From: Deinococcales bacterium
Lineage (GTDB): Bacteria > Deinococcota > Deinococci > Deinococcales > JAAFIG01
Assembly: GCA_031414595.1 (NCBI GenBank)
Contig: JANNVX010000097.1
Coordinates: 1 to 16,649, forward strand
Length of the DNA: 16,649 bases
Direction: 5' to 3'
Shown here: one piece after another, positions 13,369 to 16,649 of the stretch
Layout of the letters: the number at the start of each line of letters is the position of its first letter
How positions within the stretch are numbered: the first letter of the stretch is position 1
Translations under genes and position numbers: made by a program
The notes under the pieces: model-generated
What the model was told of the DNA's origin: nothing
Database searches by the model: none
The model's input: only the letters and a program-made list of their open reading frames with translations

Positions 13369-15483
13369 GTGAACATGAAAAAGATTAGCATCGCCCTGAT
13401 TGGTTTAACATTGTTTGGGCTGGGGATGGCACAACAAACCCCGAAACTCGAGAAACCCGTTTGGTTTACGCCTTCGATTGGTGGAGTGATCAACTCGGCG
13501 CGTTTTAATGGCAATGATGGCTTAGCCATGACCACAGGCTCAGATGGGACAATTCAAATTTGGAACAGCAGCACAGGGCAACTGACTCGCAGTATCAAAG
13601 CCAGTCTTGGACGGCTGTATTTGGCGGTTTTTTCTAAAGATGGTTCAAAAATACTATCTTCTGGGGCAGATGACACAACGCGGATTTGGAATGCCAAGAC
13701 AGGTGAGTTAATTAAGGAACTAGAAAGTGGCTCGGCGGGTGCAAATTTTTCGCCAGACGGCAACCGCTTTGTGACGGCAGCCAACAACAACAAAGACCTT
13801 TTGGTGCTAAACAGCAAAGATGGCAAAACAGCCTTAACCTTAAAAGGACACACAGAATACATTTACGAAGCTGAATTCTCGGCAGATGGTAGCCGGATTG
13901 TTTCCTCGAGTGATGACGCATCCGCCAAAGTTTGGGATGCTAAAACAGGTAAATTGATTCGTTCCTTTAAGCACACCGAATATGTCTTAGATGCAGCTTT
14001 TATGGCAGGTAACTCGAGAATCGTGACTGGTGATGATGGCGGTTTGATGCGGGTTTGGGATGTGGCGACAGGTAAAGAACTCAAAAAACAAAAAGTCGGT
14101 GAGAGTGGTATTGCTGTGGTCGTCGTCAGCCAAGACCAAAGCACATTTTTGACAGGTAGTTACGACTCGAGTATTCGACTCTGGGATGCCAAAACATTCA
14201 AAGAAATACGGGCTTTTAAGGGTCATGAACGCGCCATTTATTCCCTAAGTTACGGACTTAAAGACCAAAAAATTATTTCTGCCAGCAGCGATGGCACAGC
14301 TAAAATTTGGGACACCAAAACTGGTAAACAACTGTTTTCCTACAACAAACACAGCTACAACACCAATTCAGTAGCGTTTTCTAATGACAACAAGAAAATC
14401 CTGACCAGTACAAATTTACGAGATGTTCGGATAACAGATACCGAAACTGGCAAAGAACTGCTTAAATTCCGTATTGGTGAAGTGCTTGCCACGGCTAATT
14501 TTTCACCCGATGGGGTTAATTTTGTAACCGCCAGCGACATCCACGGCGATGTTTGGAACGCCAGCACCGGCGAATTGGTGACTTCCTTAAATGGTCATGA
14601 TGGCGGAATGCTATCGGCGGTTTACTCGAGTGATGGACTGAGTATTTTAAGTGTTGGCGAAGATAAAACCGTGCGACTTTGGAATTCGACTTCGGGCGAG
14701 CAAAAATGGCAAATAACCCACGAAAAAGAGGTAGCCAAAGCCATTTTCTCCACCGACCAAAAGCAAGTTGTCAGTTTAGATGCAACTGGCACAACCTTTA
14801 TTTGGGATGCCCAAACAGGCAAAGAAATCAGTAAGTTTGCTGCCACAACCCCCGATTATCATTATTCACCAGCTTTAATTCCAGTCGGTAATAATGTGGT
14901 GATTGCTGCCAACCGACTTGACGGTGGTATTGGTGTTTGGGACTTAAATAACAAAGCCCTCTTTGAGCCTCGAGCCGATGAACTGAGTAAATCTGGCACA
15001 GTCCAAGCCGTTTCAGCCGATGCTTCACTGGCTTTGATTAACTTAGGCGACAGCATTTTTATTCAAGAACTGGCGACTGGCAAAACACTGCTCGAGATTC
15101 CAAAATTTGACAGCCGTTCAAAAGCCCAATTTAGTGCCAATAATCAGCAATTGGTGGTGGCTTCGCCAAGTGGACTGCAATTATTCCAAATACCAAATGA
15201 AGTGCTGACCCAAGTCAAAAAATTAGATGTACCCGCCCTGCAAATTTCTATCCCAAGCAGCCCAAGCAACCTTGAAACTCGAGTCGGTATAATTCTTGCC
15301 CTAAGCACCAAAGGCGCACTGACTGGCTTACAATTCTTGGGCTTAAAACGTTTAATCGAAGAGAAAGCCGAACCCAAGGAACTCACCGATTTTCTCGAGA
15401 CACGCCTCCCCGAAAAAGACTTTTTAGAACTTGTCTATGCTGGGTTTTTTGAACGATTCAATGTCCCACGCGGTAAGCCGTAA
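13369..15483 (+). CDS. Secreted/periplasmic WD40-repeat protein (about 14 blades, likely two beta-propellers)
   Basis: Signal-peptide-like MKKISIALIGLTLFGLGMA (alternative ATG at 13375). Repeated GH...FS.DG..I.S.S.D....WD units, 14 by hand count, the last ones degenerate. Short helical C-terminal tail. Confidence 0.9.
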   Translation: MNMKKISIALIGLTLFGLGMAQQTPKLEKPVWFTPSIGGVINSARFNGNDGLAMTTGSDGTIQIWNSSTGQLTRSIKASLGRLYLAVFSKDGSKILSSGADDTTRIWNAKTGELIKELESGSAGANFSPDGNRFVTAANNNKDLLVLNSKDGKTALTLKGHTEYIYEAEFSADGSRIVSSSDDASAKVWDAKTGKLIRSFKHTEYVLDAAFMAGNSRIVTGDDGGLMRVWDVATGKELKKQKVGESGIAVVVVSQDQSTFLTGSYDSSIRLWDAKTFKEIRAFKGHERAIYSLSYGLKDQKIISASSDGTAKIWDTKTGKQLFSYNKHSYNTNSVAFSNDNKKILTSTNLRDVRITDTETGKELLKFRIGEVLATANFSPDGVNFVTASDIHGDVWNASTGELVTSLNGHDGGMLSAVYSSDGLSILSVGEDKTVRLWNSTSGEQKWQITHEKEVAKAIFSTDQKQVVSLDATGTTFIWDAQTGKEISKFAATTPDYHYSPALIPVGNNVVIAANRLDGGIGVWDLNNKALFEPRADELSKSGTVQAVSADASLALINLGDSIFIQELATGKTLLEIPKFDSRSKAQFSANNQQLVVASPSGLQLFQIPNEVLTQVKKLDVPALQISIPSSPSNLETRVGIILALSTKGALTGLQFLGLKRLIEEKAEPKELTDFLETRLPEKDFLELVYAGFFERFNVPRGKP

Positions 15484-15507
15484 ACTTAAATTTATCCGTG
15501 AGGTATT

Positions 15508-15539
15508 TTGTAGGGCAGTGATGCCTTACAATTTTTTTT
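15508..15539 (+). terminator. Rho-independent terminator of the WD40 gene
   Basis: TTGTAGGGCA-GTGA-TGCCTTACAA (GNRA loop, one G-U pair) followed by T8. Confidence 0.8.
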
Positions 15540-15717
15540 AGAAACTCGAGTCAATTCAAGACCCACTTTGGATTAGTCAATTAGTCGTAAAACTTAGTGC
15601 AACGTCGGATAAGTATCTAAAAACCATAATTTTGTGATTAAAAACGCTCAGAGACGATATTGGTCGGCACAGATTACTTCTTTTTCCGACCCTGCAATGA
15701 GTTACTCCTTTTAGTCG

Positions 15718-15748
15718 GTTAATCAGTCAAAATACGCGACTGATTAAC
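15718..15748. repeat. 11-bp inverted repeat downstream of the minus-strand hypothetical gene (possible terminator or binding site)
   Basis: GTTAATCAGTC, 9-nt loop, GACTGATTAAC. Confidence 0.5.
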
Positions 15749-15774
15749 ACAATTTGGTATGATTGATCATTAGG

Positions 15775-16500
15775 TCACAACTTTTCTTCGATTGCCTTTA
15801 AGAACGTATTTTGAGTAGCATCATTTAGGAATTTTAGAAACTTATATGTTCCGTCGGCTGTCCGCTCACCGAAAGAAAAAAATCTCTTCATTCCAGCGTT
15901 TTCTAAAGTAAAGTAACGCCTAGTTCCTATTGAATCCACACTTAATGCTGTGAAGTACACTTCGGGAATTAAAATTGGCTTTGGAAAAGTAAAAACAAAA
16001 ATTTTCGTATTCGATACTTCAAAACGCTCTACATTAAACGCAGCCGCCATCTCTTTCATGGGGGCATAGTTATCTACAGGGTAAGCCTGCTCTTGCGTAA
16101 AGTAACCAAGGTCAATGCTCATGGTTTCTGTCAGACCACGCAGATAAGCTCCTAATGCAAGCACATCAGACTTAGAAATTTTATTGACAATAATCTGCTC
16201 AATTTCTGGATGCTTTGCAAAAAAAAGTGTAGGTAAGACCTTATGGGGCAGAAAAAAATGAATAGGACGAAAAATAAGTTTTCCATCAAAATTATAGAGC
16301 TTGAAGTTACGCTGAACGGAAAAAGCACTTGGCGTGGTTTTTGAGTAAAGTTCTTCAAGTTGTTTTCTTGCATCCACGCTACTCGAGTAGGAAGCATTAG
16401 ATTGGACTTTGACTTTATTCTGGGTTAAACCAATAAAGAAAATAAGAACAGAAAGCACAAAACTAATAATGCCCATAGCAATGCCGAATGATTTATCCAT
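15775..16500 (-). CDS. Hypothetical membrane-anchored protein
   Basis: 241-aa ORF with SD AGGTGG (16510-16505) and one N-terminal TM helix. C-terminal FPKP...PEVYF...RYFTLE segment. AT-rich. Confidence 0.75.
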   Translation of the reverse strand: MDKSFGIAMGIISFVLSVLIFFIGLTQNKVKVQSNASYSSSVDARKQLEELYSKTTPSAFSVQRNFKLYNFDGKLIFRPIHFFLPHKVLPTLFFAKHPEIEQIIVNKISKSDVLALGAYLRGLTETMSIDLGYFTQEQAYPVDNYAPMKEMAAAFNVERFEVSNTKIFVFTFPKPILIPEVYFTALSVDSIGTRRYFTLENAGMKRFFSFGERTADGTYKFLKFLNDATQNTFLKAIEEKL

Positions 16501-16649
16501 AAATCCACCTTAGGATTTGTCCCAGAATAACTTCCCGATTTCAAGAATAGTGTCATTCGGTTCTCGGTTTGGTAAAGTCATTTGAATGCAGACCTACTCA
16601 CTAAAAGTCAAAAATATGATGTTACGGCTGTACCAGTCACTTAATGAAC

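Noticed and set aside
15700-15775. Integron attC site after the hypothetical gene
   Set aside because: No properly placed RYYYAAC/GTTRRRY core pair and no extrahelical-base pattern.
12046-16649. tRNA-Ile as the attachment site of an integrated element
   Set aside because: No duplicated tRNA 3' end and no integrase seen; an intact terminator and a metabolic gene follow directly.

Overview
A 16.6-kb chromosomal window, probably from a Deinococcota bacterium (inferred from the gene set, TAGACT/TATAAT-type leaderless promoters and extreme CTCGAG enrichment). Left to right: 3' end of an IS5/ISL2-like DDE transposase; a toxin-first RelE/ParE + Phd/YefM TA module with a consensus promoter and palindromic operator, bounded by a 17-bp direct repeat; a membrane di-heme cytochrome c; an SDR; a minus-strand phospho-signalling operon (vWA -> Zn-ribbon-FHA -> pseudokinase-PP2C fusion -> Zn-ribbon Ser/Thr kinase with C-terminal TMs), divergent from a CASTOR/POLLUX-like channel; an orphan sbcD; a small hypothetical ORF; a stand-alone tRNA-Ile(GAU); a HOGA-like DHDPS-family aldolase; a 219-bp MITE-like element with a 9-bp target duplication and GTAG-REP-like hairpins; a secreted 14-repeat WD40 protein; and an AT-rich hypothetical gene. 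The strongest unexplained signal is the palindrome CTCGAG: about 73 copies by hand count versus about 4 expected, in all reading frames, resembling cyanobacterial HIP1.
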